A stretch of 64,000 nucleotides of DNA, taken from Octopus sinensis. Its lineage: Eukaryota. Under the pieces are notes generated by a model. That model ran no database searches. It was not told where the DNA came from and worked only from the letters and a program-made list of their open reading frames with translations. Shown piece after piece: positions 49,860-64,000 of this stretch; position 1 is the stretch's first letter, and each line of letters opens with the position of its first letter. The position numbers and the translations under genes are program-made. The stretch is taken from NCBI RefSeq assembly GCF_006345805.1, contig NC_043002.1:9858001-9922000 (forward strand), read 5' to 3'.

Positions 49860-51478
49860 TGGTAGACAAAACTGTACTCGGTGACAACAAGAGGAGGAAA
49901 ACTAACTTAGCCATGTCATGGATCGATTGTCGTAAGGCGTACGATATGATCCCACTTTCTTGGATTATGAATTGTATGGAACATATTTGGTATTGCATCG
50001 AATATTGAGCGATTGCTTGGAAAAAGTGTGGCGAAGTGGAGGACGGAACTGACAGCATATGGAAGAAGTTTAAAAACAATGGAAATCAGGAGATGCGTCA
50101 TGCAAGGGGACCGCCTGTCCCCAATATTCTTTGTACTGTTCATGGTGCCACTAAAACTGATTCCGAGGAAAGCAAAGGCCGAATATGTATTCAAGAGCTG
50201 CCAACAAATAGTCAACCAATTGTTATTCATGGATAACCTCAAACTTTATGGTAAAGATGAATACCAAGTCAATTCCCTCGTTCGTATGGTGTATATTTTC
50301 AGAGCTGATGTCAGAATGGAGTTCGGACTGAAAAACTGTGGCGTGTTAGACTTGAAGAGAGGCAAAATCAAATGCATGGACGGGCTAACGATACCGTCGG
50401 GGGAGGTTATGAAGCAGATAGAAGAGACGGGCTATAAGTACTTGAGGATTTTGGAAATGATAAATTGATGGAAAAAGAAATGACAGAAACATTTAAGACA
50501 GGCGCAGGAGTGGCTGTGTGGTAAGTAGCTTGCTTACCAGCCACATGGTTCCGGGTTCAGTCCCACTGCGTGGCATCTTGGGCAAGTGTCTTCTACTATA
50601 GCCTCGGGCCGACCAAAGCCTTGTGAGTGGATTTGGTAGATGGAAACTGAAAGAAGCCCGTCGTATATATGTATATATATGTGTGTGTGTATGTTCATGT
50701 GTCTGTGTTTGTCCCCCTAGCATTGCTTGACAACCGATGCTGGTGTGTTTACGTCCCCGTTACTTAGCGGTTCGGCAAAAGGAACCGATAGAATAAGTAC
50801 TGGGCTTACAAAAGAATAAGTCCCTGGTCGAGTTGCTCGATTAAAGGCGTTGCTCCAGCATGGCCGCAGTCAAATGACTGAAACAAGTAAAAGACAGAGT
50901 ACTTGCGCAGACTGAGACTGCTACATAAACCGAAGCAATCAACACTTAGGCGGTTTCATTCCTTAGATATGGAGCAATGTTAATCGCATGGGCAGTAGAC
51001 GAACTAAACATCTTATATAGAAAGACAAGGAAGTTGCTCACTAGATATGGGACACTCCACCCAAAAATGACACGGACATACTGAGTGTACCAAGAAAAAG
51101 AGGGGACAGGGGACTGATTGGATGCGAACACAGCATTAGAGCAGAAGAAAACAACATAACATGGTATGTAAACGATTCCACGGAGCAGCTATTATTGGAA
51201 GTAAGAAGGTCAGGCTTGTGGAGGATGGACGATTGCAAAGATAAAGCATTCTATAAGAAAATGAGAATGATTGAAACTGAAAATAGGTGGATAAAGAAAC
51301 GAATGCACGGAAAATGTCATAGGAATGTTGGAGATCAGACAGACAGAGAGAAAAGATGACTATGGACGACTAAAATGATTTGAAGTCAGAAACGGAGGCT
51401 CTAATCTGTGCTGTCCAAATTAAGAACCAATTACATCAAACATAATATAGACAACACATCAGAAAGCGACAAGTGCAA
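49860..51478 (+). pseudogene. R4/Dong RT pseudogene, same family as 21980-24045, with a SINE C at 50500-50893
   Basis: WIDCRKAYD, QGDRLSP, LLFMDNLKLY; the SINE is flanked by aagacag. Confidence 0.88.
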
Positions 51479-51479
51479 T

Positions 51480-52350
51480 AAAACCTCCTTCAGCTTCAAC
51501 AACTGCTTCAATATGAGATCTAAATAATCTACATGCTCGAATCAAGTGGCCCTGGTTCACTTTGGACATTACTCTGACTATGGTAGCTTCCAAAGAATCT
51601 TTGGTGTTATGGACGTGTTCATTGACTTCTCTCTCAACAACGCTCTACATGTAATAGTCCAATGGACTGAGATCTGGGAATTAGGAGGCCAAATGTTAGG
51701 GGTTATGTGATCATGAAAATTTTAATCCATCTATTCCTGTGTTACTAGAGCCATGTGTGATAGTGCAGAGTCTTACTGAAACACATATGACCTTCCCTTG
51801 CATACACTGTCTATTCTGGGCTTAACAATTATTTCTGGGACCTCAATGTAGGTAGCAGAGTTAACTCTAAAGCCTTGTGGAAAGAAGTATCAGATGTCCT
51901 TTATTGCTGACAACCCCTAAAACCACGACAGCTGTCGGAAATTTTGTATGCATGACACTTGGAACTTTATAAGGGTCTGTCATTTCTTCTGTTAACTTTT
52001 TGATCTTGGTCGAAGTTTTTCTCGTTTGAGTAAAACCAAATCAAATCTTCTGCTGGATTTTTCAGTTTGTTTAAGAAACTTTTAGATCTGATGTAGCGAT
52101 TTTCTTTTGCTTTTTCTGACAAACTGACCTTTCCTCATCAGATAAGGGTTATATCTAATGTCTTCGTGGACAACATTTCTGACTGTTCCTTCTGACACAT
52201 GGAGATCTTTTGCAATTGACCTCATGGACCTTCTGGGATTCTAATCATTGGTCTGTTGAACTTGCTGGATAAATTCAGATGTTCTGATGTTTCAGAGCGT
52301 TTAAAATGCTTTTTATGCTTTGATACTGGTGATACATTTCCGCATTCAGT
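51480..52350 (-). mobile_element. Decayed IS630-Tc1-mariner transposase (maT/DD37D-like)
   Basis: Minus strand WPPNS/PDLSPLDYY (frameshifted) around 51650-51693. Confidence 0.6.
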
Positions 52351-52351
52351 C

Positions 52352-52908
52352 TCTAGCTCCTTTTCAACCATCTTCTCTTCATAGCTGGTTTAAATCTGTT
52401 CGCAAAAACAGAGCCTGAAATGGAGAGGCTGGTTGAGACTGTGAAAATGTGCAACAAAGATATAGAGACGGAATTCAGTATCTCGAAGTGTGCGGTGCTT
52501 ACGTTGAACCGGGGGAAAATAGTAAATTGTAGGGGCTTAGAGTTGCCAAACGGACAGAGAATGGAAGACCCGGGTGATGATGTGTACAAGTACCTCGGAA
52601 TACTGGAGCTAGACAATATCTTGCACAAAGAAATGAAAGACAAGGTCATCACTGCATATTTCAAAGACCTCAGACTTCTCTTTAAATCAAAGCTCAACTC
52701 AAGGAACCTTGTGAATGGCATCAACATATGGGCTATTGCTGCAGTCCGCTTTAGTGTACCCATCCTGAAATGGACACAAGCGGAGATTGACCAACTCAAT
52801 AGCACCACCCGAAAGACAATGACAATGAATGATGCCCTCCACCCTAAGACAAATGTACACAGGCTCTAAATGAAGAGAGGTAAAGGTGGACGTGGGCTGA
52901 TTAGCGCA
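52352..52908 (+). pseudogene. R4/Dong RT fragment, second subfamily
   Basis: FNHLLFIAGL, EFSISKCA, YKYLGILE, HPKTNVHRL, GGRGL. Confidence 0.8.
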
Positions 52909-53305
52909 CCTAGAATTTTCTTTGAATATTTAACCTTTCCTTTATCCCTGACAATTCGAAAATATAAACATACATTTGATTGTAAGATCACTACAGTTTT
53001 CTCTTGTCGGACACACAAACAATCAACTTTAAAAACTTAAAACATTTTAAGATCTACATTTTTCTGTGAATATTTAATCTCTACTTTCTCCCTGAATTCC
53101 CAAATACCTTTTATAACAACAACACTATTAAACGCATGGTAAAAATGAAGGAGATAAGCTGCTGTCAATATATACAAACTGTACAATTACGAAAACTGTA
53201 AATCACAGCACAGCCTGTAGAAAGGAAACAAAAATTCAACGGTGTAAATGTCTGGTTCCCTCCTTTTTTTTCTCTCCTTGTTTCTCTCCTTTTTTTTTCT
53301 GTGTA

Positions 53306-53343
53306 TCTTTCTGTCGAAGAGCGTAGGCTCGAAACGCAAAAGA
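53306..53343 (+). ncRNA. Minimal hammerhead-like motif with a variant core, second copy
   Basis: tcttt-CTGTCGAA-gagc gtag gctc-GAAAC-GCA-aaaga. Confidence 0.4.
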
Positions 53344-53433
53344 CCTTTTCTATTCCTGAGCGCTATACTAATACATTTGTTTGTTTGTACTCCACCTGCC
53401 ATCGTCTTTTGTTTATTTTCGTAAGCTTTCCCT

Positions 53434-53498
<65 letters not shown>

Positions 53499-53541
53499 AT
53501 ATAATATATATATATATTATATATATTATATATATAATATG

Positions 53542-53573
<32 letters not shown>

Positions 53574-53579
53574 TATGTA

Positions 53580-53703
<124 letters not shown>

Positions 53704-53967
53704 ATATTATTATTATTTGAAGGAATATTAATCCTAACTTACAGGGAAAAAAATTCAATTTAGAAATACTGAATCAAATTTCACACAATATAATATATAT
53801 ATATATATATAAATTAGAAAAAAACACCTTTTATCACTTCAAAATGAACAATAAATCACACCATCTAGAAAATTACATATAATAGAAATATTAAAATTAA
53901 AATAACAATAAAATACCATAATTAAGTAAATTGCAAAAAATAATAAAAACGTATACAACTGGTAGAA

Positions 53968-54070
53968 TAACGACACGTGTTTCGTGGGTATATTTAAGAA
54001 ATGATTATAGTAAAAAATTAATAGTAGTAGTAAAATCACTTCGATATATATATAGCCACTCATCAGGTTA
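53968..54070 (-). ncRNA. Type I hammerhead motif (ACGT family)
   Basis: Minus strand taac-CTGATGA-gtgg ... ccac-GAAAC-ACGT-GTC-gtta; intact core with a GUC site. Confidence 0.8.
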
Positions 54071-54108
54071 AAAATAAACTAGAATAATAAAATAATTAAT
54101 AAATATAC

Positions 54109-54143
<35 letters not shown>

Positions 54144-55195
54144 AAAGTTGGTTTCTTCTAAACTATGTCATTGTAAAGAAAAAAATTCATAATATTCTTC
54201 AGACATATTGACTTAAATATATATTCTTTAACCTTTTAAAACGAGCCTTCTGTAGTTTTTTCACTTTTTACTATTATATATATATATATATATATATATA
54301 CATTGAGTGAAAACTAAAACAATACTTAAATTATTCAATACTTTAAAATTAATTAATATACACAATGCTAGTACAAGTCACTAACTTGTAATCAAAATAA
54401 GAAATGGTTCAAATATAGACAAACTCATTAAATAAACTAACTATATAATTAATATACGTGTGTAGTATCTGTAGATTTAATATCTCAATCTATTATATAG
54501 TTGACTAAATATCAATTAATATAATACCTAATTATCTTAAAATTTAATACTACATAATAAATATATCAACTAATAATTAAATAATATATTGTCTAACGAA
54601 ATTAATTCTCAAATTAAATTAAATGTAATACGTTAGATCCCTATATAAAAAAATCTTAATAAATAGATATAATAATTAATATTTATCGTAACTTATAACT
54701 ATCAATATATATATATAAAATGATATAATGGCGAGAATTATTTGTAACTGGAAAGTAAGAAACATTTCAGCCCCATAAATTAATGAAAGGTACAAAAATA
54801 TTAGAACCAATGAACAATACACTATGAAAATTTTCAATCACAATCACCAGTCCACTACAAATGCAGGACAATACTTTCAACACCTCTTATGAAGTTTTTT
54901 AAAGTCTTGTAAAATCTAATATATATGCTTTAGTAGTCTTATACCATCTTATAAATACTTACTGCGGAGAGGCTTTTTGAACACTTTGTGTGTGTTTTTA
55001 TATATATATATAATATATATATATAGGCGCAGGAGTGGCTGTGTGGTAAGTAGCTTGCTAACCAACCACATGGTTCCGGGTTCAGTCCCACTGCGTGGCA
55101 TCTTGGGAAACTGTCTTCTGCTATAGCCCCGGGCCGACCAATGCCTTGTGAGGGATTTGGTAGACGGAAACTGAAAGAAGCCTGTCGTATATATG

Positions 55196-55230
<35 letters not shown>

Positions 55231-55919
55231 CTGTGTTTGTCCCCCTAGCATTGCTTGACAACCGATGCTGGTGTGTTTACGTCCCCGTCACTTAGCGGTT
55301 CGGCAAAAGAGACCGATAGAATAAGTACTGGGCTTACAAAGAATAAGTCCTGGGGTCGATTTGCTCGACTAAAGGCGGTGCTCCAGCATGGCCACAGTCA
55401 AATGACTGAAACAAGTAAAAGAGTAAAAGAATATATATATATATATAATATGTATATATATATATATGTATATATATATATGTATATATATATGTATATA
55501 TATATATGTATATATATATGTGTATATATATATGTGTATATATGTGTATATATATATGTGTATATATATATATATATTATATATATATACATATATATAC
55601 ATATATATATATATATATGATATATATATAGATATATATATATATATAATATATATAATTATTATTATTTGAAGGAATATTAATCCTAACTTACAGGGAA
55701 AAAAATTCAATTTAGAAATACTGAATCAAATTTCACACAATATAATATATATATATATATAAATTAGAAAAAAACACCTTTTATCACTTCAAAATGAACA
55801 ATTAAATCACACCATCTAGAAAATTACATATAATAGAAATATTAAAATTAAAATAACAATAAAATACCAATAATTAAGTAAATTGCAAAAAATAATAAAA
55901 ACGTATACAACTGGTAGAA

Positions 55920-56022
55920 TAACGACACGTGTTTCGTGGGTATATTTAAGAAATGATTATAGTAAAAAATTAATAGTAGTAGTAAAATCACTTCGATATA
56001 TATATAGCCACTCATCAGGTTA
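55920..56022 (-). ncRNA. Type I hammerhead motif (ACGT family), duplicate
   Basis: Same sequence as 53968-54070. Confidence 0.8.
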
Positions 56023-56113
56023 AAAATAAACTAGAATAATAAAATAATTAATAAATATACTTTAATATATATATATATAATATATATTATATATATATAT
56101 TATATTATATATA

Positions 56114-56158
<45 letters not shown>

Positions 56159-57477
56159 TAAGAAAGTTGGTTTCTTCTAAACTATGTCATTGTAAAGAAA
56201 AAAATTCATAATATTCTTCAGACATATTGACTTAAATATATATTCTTTAACCTTTTAAAACAAGCCTTCTGTAGTTTTTTCACTTTTTACTATTATATAT
56301 ATATATAGATATATATATATATATATATATCTATATATATATATATAATATTACATTGAGTGAAAACTAAAACAATACTTAAATTACTCAATACTTTAAA
56401 ATTAATTAATATACACAATGCTAGTACAAGTCACTAACTTGTAATCAAAATAAGAAATGGTTCAAATATAGACAAACTCATTAAATAAACTAACTATATA
56501 ATTAATATACGTGTGTAGTATCTGTAGATTTAATATCTCAATCTATTATATAGTTGACTAAATATCAATTAATATAATACCTAATTATCTTAAAATTTAA
56601 TACTACATAATAAATATATCAACTAATAATTAAATAATATATTGTCTAACGAAATTAATTCTCAAATTAAATTAAATGTAATACGTTAGATCCCTATATA
56701 AAAAAATCTTAATAAATAGATATAATAATTAATATTTATCGTAACTTATAACTATCAATATATATATATAAAATGATATAATGGCGAGAATTATTTGTAA
56801 CTGGAAAGTAAGAAACATTTCAGCCCCATAAATTAATGAAAGGTACAAAAGATATTAGAACCAATGAACAATACACTATGAAAATTTTCAATCACAATCA
56901 CCAGTCCACTACAATGCAGGACAATACTTTCAACACCTCTTATGAAGTTTTTTAAAGTCTTGTAAAATCTAATATATATGCTTTAGTAGTCTTATACCAT
57001 CTTATAATACTTACTGCGGAGAGGCTTTTTGAACACTTTGTGTGTGTTTTTATATATATATATAATATATATATATATAGGCGCAGGAGTGGCTGTGTGG
57101 TAAGTAGCTTGCTAACCAACCACATGGTTCCGGGTTCAGTCCCACTGCGTGGCATCTTGGGAAAGTGTCTTCTGCTATAGCCCCGGGCCGACCAATGCCT
57201 TGTGAGTGGATTTGGTAGACGGAAACTGAAAGAAGCCTGTCGTATATATGTATATATATATATATGTATGTGTGTGTGTCTGTGTTTTTCCCCCTAGCAT
57301 TGCTTGACAACCGATGCTGGTGTGTTTACGTCCCCGTCACTTAGCGGTTCGGCAAAAGAGACCGATAGAATAAGTACTGGGCTTACAAAGAATAAGTCCT
57401 GGGGTCGATTTGCTCGACTAAAGGCGGTGCTCCAGCATGGCCACAGTCAAATGACTGAAACAAGTAAAAGAGTAAAA

Positions 57478-57524
<47 letters not shown>

Positions 57525-57550
57525 TATATACATACATATATATACATACA

Positions 57551-57902
57551 TGGATTCACTGAAGCTCCGGCGTCTGGCGACGGACTTGGCAAACATCCAC
57601 AAAGTTATCAACCACCTCACCAACAACAACACTGAACACCTTTTTGATCTCCATGTGTCTAACACACGTGGACATGCCTACAAAGTCAGAAAACAGCACA
57701 GCTCCCATGACTTTCGGAAACATTTTTTCACGCTCAGAGTTGCTGAAGCATGGAATAAACTGCCTGCGTCAGTTGTTGACTGCCATGACACTGCATCCTT
57801 TAAGGCCCTCATGCTTTCCGAAATCCGCCGAAACTACACCTGGTTATATATACACTTTAGATGAGTTGTAGTGCACCTGAGCACTGTACACAATTATTAT
57901 TA
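57551..57902 (+). pseudogene. CR1 LINE 3' end
   Basis: SLKLRRL..DL, TRGH, RKHFFTLRVAEAWNKLP; (tta)n tail. Confidence 0.85.
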
Positions 57903-58728
57903 TATGCATACAAATATATATATACATATATATATATATAATTACTATCTATTAAGGTTATGAAGTTGGGCCTTCATTACAATATTCACCAGAAATGCAA
58001 TATTGTTTGTGAAAATACTCAACACTTTGCTGTCACAAATTCTTAGAGATATAATTTATTGATCCTATATAGCCATTTCCACGTTCATTTTTCCAGCTGT
58101 TACATAACATATTAGATTTACACGTGTTGCGTATCTGTTCCCATTAAAGTTACAGTAAATTTATTGTATTTTCATGTTTACATTTTAAATTTGATGGATG
58201 TTCTTTCACTATCAATTGCAACGTAGTTCTTCTGATTACATCTGAACACATGCTCACCTGCAACATTCAAATGTTTCTAAGCATTCTGGAGTTCAATAAT
58301 GGCTTTTGTTTGTATGCCTCACTACTTGGAATATCCCTGAAGTGTATCCTAGCAGCAGAATCAATGACGACCTAAAGACATCTAGAAAATTTAAAATGCG
58401 ACTGACAGTAAAAGAAAAATTCCAGCCGAATAAACATAACAGAATGAGATCAAGCGCTAAACGTGAACAATAAAAGAACAAAAACCGATATCTAATACCG
58501 GATATATGATGAGAAAATCGGATTGCGTAGTTCAGAATACCATAATTAGGAAAGAAACTGGAATATGGAATCTATCCTGAAGAAGGGATATGTGCCACTG
58601 GTTATTGGAGATAACGTACTGTAAAGACTGGAATTTAATTCTAAGAATATTGATGTTATAAAAAGAGGTATGGGCAATGCATTGAATTGTATGTTCTTTA
58701 TTAGGCATTTTTATGTGTTTGCTATTTC

Positions 58729-59070
58729 ATATCGGGACCCCATTCGGTCACGACACTGACCATGGGATTGCACCTAGAAAGTTACCCTCCCAGTCACAAG
58801 TCTGGGCAAGGTGGTTTATGGAAGACCAGCAGTCGCCCATGCATACCGGCCTCCCCTCTCCACGCCACCAGTGTTATCCAAGGGAATGGCAAAGGGGCCG
58901 ATACAGCTTGGCACCCGTGACGTCGCAACTCATTTCTACAGCTGAGTTAACTGGAGCAACATGAAATAAAGTGTCTTGCTCAAGAACTCAACACGCAGCC
59001 TGGTCCGGGATTCGTGCTCACGACCTCACGATCGTAAACTCGACGCTCTAACCACTGAGCCATGCGCCTT
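58729..59070 (-). mobile_element. SINE family A
   Basis: Reverse complement of 1579-1920. Confidence 0.85.
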
Positions 59071-60042
59071 TACGTTATTTCATATAGAGCTTGGTAATTG
59101 ACTAAGCAGAGAAGAAATGCTTCTATCCATACGGTGGTTTTACGCAGATATCAGTGATCTGAGACAAATAGAGGGCTTGCTGTATAGACATTTGTTGTAA
59201 AGAGATTGTCATTGAGTTTGCTATTAGGATAAACTTGAGTGATATTCCAGGACCCTTGGCATACAAACAAAAGCCATTAGTGAACTCCAGAATGCTTAGA
59301 TACATTTGAATGTTGCAAATGAACATGTGTTCAGATAAACCAGAGGAAGTCTAGGGTTTACGAACTAGCTGTCAAAATGCGATATCTAATGTCGGAAATA
59401 TGAAGGGTGAAGTAGAATCTACATAGGCTCAGGTACCAGGATTAGTAACGAGGTTGGAATATAGAGTCAATCCTAAAGAGCAGATAAGTGCTAGTTGTAC
59501 TGGATAAATTAATTTTATCTCAGAGCAAATTATTCATTTTGGTGTCACCCTCTCTTAGTACGATGTCGTTTTTAGTAAAGCCCAGGGCAAATAAATATCG
59601 GAGATGATTTGCTTCACGTCGAAGCTTCAAGACTATATTAGAAATTTTGCAAGATCTTTTGAATCCTTCTGCTGATATCTCAAGGTCACCAGTGTTTTGC
59701 CCCTTAGCTTGTCGCCTTTAGTTGAGTAGGGGCTGCGAGGACTGAGAAACCACAATTAGTTCAGAGCTGTAATTTGCCACCTAATCTATAGAGATATAAA
59801 TAATTGAACATGCAAATTTTCAGCAAGATCAAACAACTGCAAGTGGGTCAGAGGCATTACTTATTGAACGTCCCTCGTAGTACTGGACCGTTGCAGGGTT
59901 CCACCTACGGTCTCTTGTCAACCAGTGCCAGCTTGAACCGATTTATCTGCCAATGACAACCTCTTTGATGGCTTTTCAAGTAAATGCGTCATGGAGAGAG
60001 ATTTGAGCAACATATTGAATTTAATTATACCTTGTTAGACAT

Positions 60043-60465
60043 AGGCGGCGAGCTGGCAGAACCGTTAGCACGCCGGGCGAAATACTTAGTGGTATTTCGT
60101 CTGTCGTTACGTTCTGAGTTCAAATTCCGCCGAGGTCGACTTTGCCTTTCATCCTTTCGGGGTCGATAACTTAAGTACCAGTTACGCACTGGGGGTCGAT
60201 GTAATCGACTTAAAACCTATGTCTGTCCTTGTTTGTCCCCTCTATGTCTAGCCCCTTGTGGGTAATAAAGAAATAGATATAGGTATTTCGTCTGTCGTTA
60301 CGTTCTGAGTTCAAATTCCGCCGAGGTCGACTTTGCCTTTCATCCTTTCGGGGTCTATATATAAAGTACCAGTTTCGAACTGGGGTCGATGTAATCGACT
60401 TAATCCCTTTATCTGTCCTTGTTTGTCCTCTCTGTATTTAGCTCCTTGGGGGTAGTAAAGAAATA
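60043..60465 (+). mobile_element. SINE family B, dimeric
   Basis: TSD tatacctt(g/a)ttagacat flanks the dimer. Confidence 0.88.
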
Positions 60466-60981
60466 TATACCTTATTAGACATTTCCCAATTTTTCTTTGA
60501 TATAGAGTCCGGTAATTGAACATGAGACAAAGAAAAGCATTCTTCCCGACAGTCGTTTAATGCAGCCATGAGTGCTTGTTGTAGAGAGGCACATGTTGCG
60601 AATGGAAGAGGACAATATTACAAACCCTTTGAGAGGAAAGTAATCTTCTGAGAAATTTAGTAAAGGTTTTGTGCCTCCACCGGAAAATATACTCCACCGG
60701 GAAATCGTAACGACTTATGGCACGAAGATGTGCAGATGGCATCTAGTGAAATTTGAACCTACATTCAGAAACCAGATGCTTTAGCACATTGTTAATCTAA
60801 GAATGGCTGTGTGGTCCAGAAGTTCGCTTGGCAACAACGCCGTTTCGGGTTCAGCCTTATTGCGCGGGATCTTAGAGAGATGTTTCTGCTATAGACCCCG
60901 GCCGTACTATGCTTTGAGTGAAAAGGCAACTGGTAAAAGAAAACCGTTAGATTTGGTAAAACGGAAACCGTGTGTTAGCCT

Positions 60982-61022
<41 letters not shown>

Positions 61023-61098
61023 TGTGTGTGTGCGCGTGCGTTCGCGCGCGCGTATTATCTCTGTAGTACAACTAAAACCACTATATCGACTAAATCAA

Positions 61099-61696
61099 GG
61101 CGGCGAGCCGGCAGAAACGTTAGCATGCCGGGCAAAATGCTTAGCGGTATTTCGTCTGCCATTATGTTCTGAGTCCAAATTCCGTCGAGGTCGACTTTGC
61201 CTTTCATCCTTTCGGGGTCGATAAATTAAGTACCAATTACACACTGGGGTCGATATAATCGACTTAATCCGTTTGTATATCCTTGTTTGTCCGCTCTGTG
61301 TTTAGCCCCTTTGTGGGTAGTAAAAAAATAGGTATTTCGTCTGCTGCTATGTTCTGAGTTCAAATTCCGCCGAGGTCGACTTTGCCTTTTATCCTTTCGG
61401 GGTCGATAAATTATGTACCAGTTACGCACTGGGGTCAATGTAATCGACTTAATCCGTTTGTCTGTCCTTGCTTGTCCTCTCTATGTTTAGCCCCTTGTGG
61501 GTAGTAAAGAAATAGGTATTTCGTCTGCTGCTACGTTCTGAGTTCAAATTCCACCGAGGTCGACTTTGCCTTTCATCCTTTCGGGTCGATAAATTAAGTG
61601 CCAATTACGCACTGGGGTCGATGTAATCGACTTAATCCGTCTGTCTGTCCTTGTTTGTCCCCTCTGTGTTTAGCCTCTTGTGGGTAGTAAAGAAAT
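61099..61696 (+). mobile_element. SINE family B, trimeric
   Basis: Three bodies; flanks cgac(t/c)aaatcaa. Confidence 0.88.
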
Positions 61697-61856
61697 ATAT
61701 GACGACCAAATCAACACGGGAATCCAGCATTCTTAGCGAAATAAGAATAGACAAAATATAAACATGGGGAATAACTCTTGCTTCATATAATAGGATTGCT
61801 TTCCCTTGCCAATTTCTCATAATTTGCTGTTACGCTAGTCTATGCAGAGGCGCACA

Positions 61857-61892
<36 letters not shown>

Positions 61893-63022
61893 ACACACAC
61901 ACAACACACACACACACACACACACACAACACACACACACACCACACAGATTCATATATGCACATACTGAAGTGAAAGCTTGATAAATATTCAATTTCAA
62001 CTGTATTTTTTTTGATATTTGTGAAAGTATAAAGTTAAAGTTGTATTGCGGACAGTGAGTTCGTATCGCAGCTGATATTGAAGGGAATTATTTTTTAGTA
62101 AATGGAAATGTGGCATGTGAACGATAAAGGACACGAAGACGGGAAACAGACAACGTAACTTGTCAGAAAGCATAAAACATTATCCTTTGAATACAAGTGG
62201 CGAAGAGAGGCGACAAGTTCTGTGAAGCAGGAGTTTGTCTGTCCTTGTTTGTCCCCTCTGTGTTTAGACCCTTGTGGGCAGTTAAGAAATAGGTTTCATT
62301 TGATGTCTTCATCGGAGCATAATCTATCTAGTTGGTAACACTATTATGATTAATATTTTAAAGTATATTCGTGTATAAACCATGTAGGATGCTGTCTAAT
62401 ACATGTCTATAGTTATTGATTACCCGATGTCAAAATCAACTCTGGGTTCGTTTCAAGAATTACTTGGTGACCGTGGAGCTTATTCGAATTGATCAAAGAC
62501 AGAAAATAAGATTAACAAGATTATTTATTCAAATACACTGCAATTGTTTTGAATTATCCTGCATTTATACCTTACAGGTAAGATGCTGTGCAAACAATTA
62601 TCTTGTTATTATCTTGCTGTGCAAACAATTAACACAGGCACAGATTGGGTAACCGCAGGTGACTTTTTGAATAAATATCTCGCTCTTGAATAAATATCTC
62701 GCTCTTTCTTTTCTCTATTTCACTCGGTTGAGAGAAGAAACTATATATTCTCTCAATTTCTTGTGAGAACTGCTAGAGTGTAGTAGACAACCAAAATTTA
62801 TATCTTAATAGAGCTGGGTGAAAAAAAAAAGAGAATAAAAGGTGAGGTAATTTTTAAAACGTCATCAGACGACACGCAGTCCTTATATGTCATACAAGAT
62901 AATTAATAGAAGCACCTGATAATTAATAGAAACATCAGGACACAGAACAACTGTAGCGCATTTTAATAATGAATCTCGTGAATTTTCATTTTCAGTTTCT
63001 GATATATATATATATATATATA

Positions 63023-63700
63023 GTAATAATATTAGGGAATAAATCCAAACTTACAGGGAAAAATTAGATTTAGGATTAAATCCAATTTTATAGTATAAAT
63101 ATATTATATTATATTATATTAAATTAGAGATAAAACCACTATTAGGCGAATCAAACAGTGAAAAACTAGGCAAATCAAACAGTGGAAAACATAAGCCAAT
63201 ACATCCTAGAAGGTATTGGAATATCCTTCAAAGATGAATTCCAAAATAGCGGTTCTATCTTACCTGTAAATTCCATAATTTACGAAGTTGAGATATTGCA
63301 CTCAATATACGTAATTTATCAAGGATATTCCAATACCTTCTAGGATGTATTGGCTTATGTTTTTCACTGTTTGATTTGCCTAATAGTGGTTTTATCTCTA
63401 ATTTAATATAATATAATATAATATATTTATACTATAAAATTGGATTTAATCCTAAATCTAATTTTTCCCTGTAAGTTTGGATTTATTCCCTAATATTATT
63501 ATTATTAATTAATATATTGATAAATTACGTATATTGAGTGTAATATCTCAACTTCGTAAATTATGGAATTTACAGGTAAGATAGAACCGCTATTTTGGAA
63601 TTCATCTTTGAAGGATATTCCAATACCTTCTAGGATGTATTGGCTTATGTTTTTCACTGTTTGATTGTGCCTATATTGGTTTATCTCTAATTTAATATAT

Positions 63701-63763
<63 letters not shown>

Positions 63764-63783
63764 TTAGAGATAAAACCACTATT
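63023..63783. repeat. Multiply inverted AT-rich element
   Basis: 63023-63225 is inverted at 63325-63505; 63195-63320 is inverted at 63517-63655; shares sequence with 30477-30545 and the ttacagggaaaaa end at 53738. Confidence 0.7.
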
Positions 63784-64000
63784 ATATATATATAATATAT
63801 ATAATATAGCATGTTGTGTGTGTGTGTGTGTGTGTGTATACATTTATGCATGTATGTTTATATGTGGCTCGAAATGAGGAGTAGATAGACAGTGGACGAC
63901 TACCTTTGTTTACCGACCAATGCGTCATTTCACTTTAAGGATGTTTATTTACCCATTCATTATGTTTCGACTGTTGTCCATTGTTTCAAATACATTTTAG

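Larger units (their letters stand above)
53705..57480 (+). repeat. ~2-kb tandem duplication (53705-55430 and 55657-57480), each unit with an HHR-bearing AT-rich element and a SINE C (55025, 57079)
   Basis: Near-identical sequence apart from TA-tract lengths. Confidence 0.9.

Overview
AT-rich, microsatellite-dense eukaryotic DNA made almost entirely of transposable elements; I see no host gene. The repeat content suggests a mollusc, probably an octopus (inference, not tested). It contains at least five SINE families, decayed LINEs (CR1-group, R4/Dong, Tx1/L1, RTE), Tc1/mariner remnants, Helitrons, a 3.27-kb Merlin-like foldback element with an 8-bp TSD, a ~2-kb tandem duplication and very long (CACT)n and (GATA)n tracts. 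The main signal not visible in the ORF track is about 15 type I hammerhead ribozyme (HHR) motifs on both strands, inside ORF-less AT-rich Penelope/retrozyme-like elements. Their stem III is always a palindrome, but a different one in each family (ACGATCGT, ACAGCTGT, ACAATTGT, ACACGTGT, AACTAGTT, ACGT). Stem II often carries a long insertion. All calls were made by eye and coordinates are approximate to a few bp.
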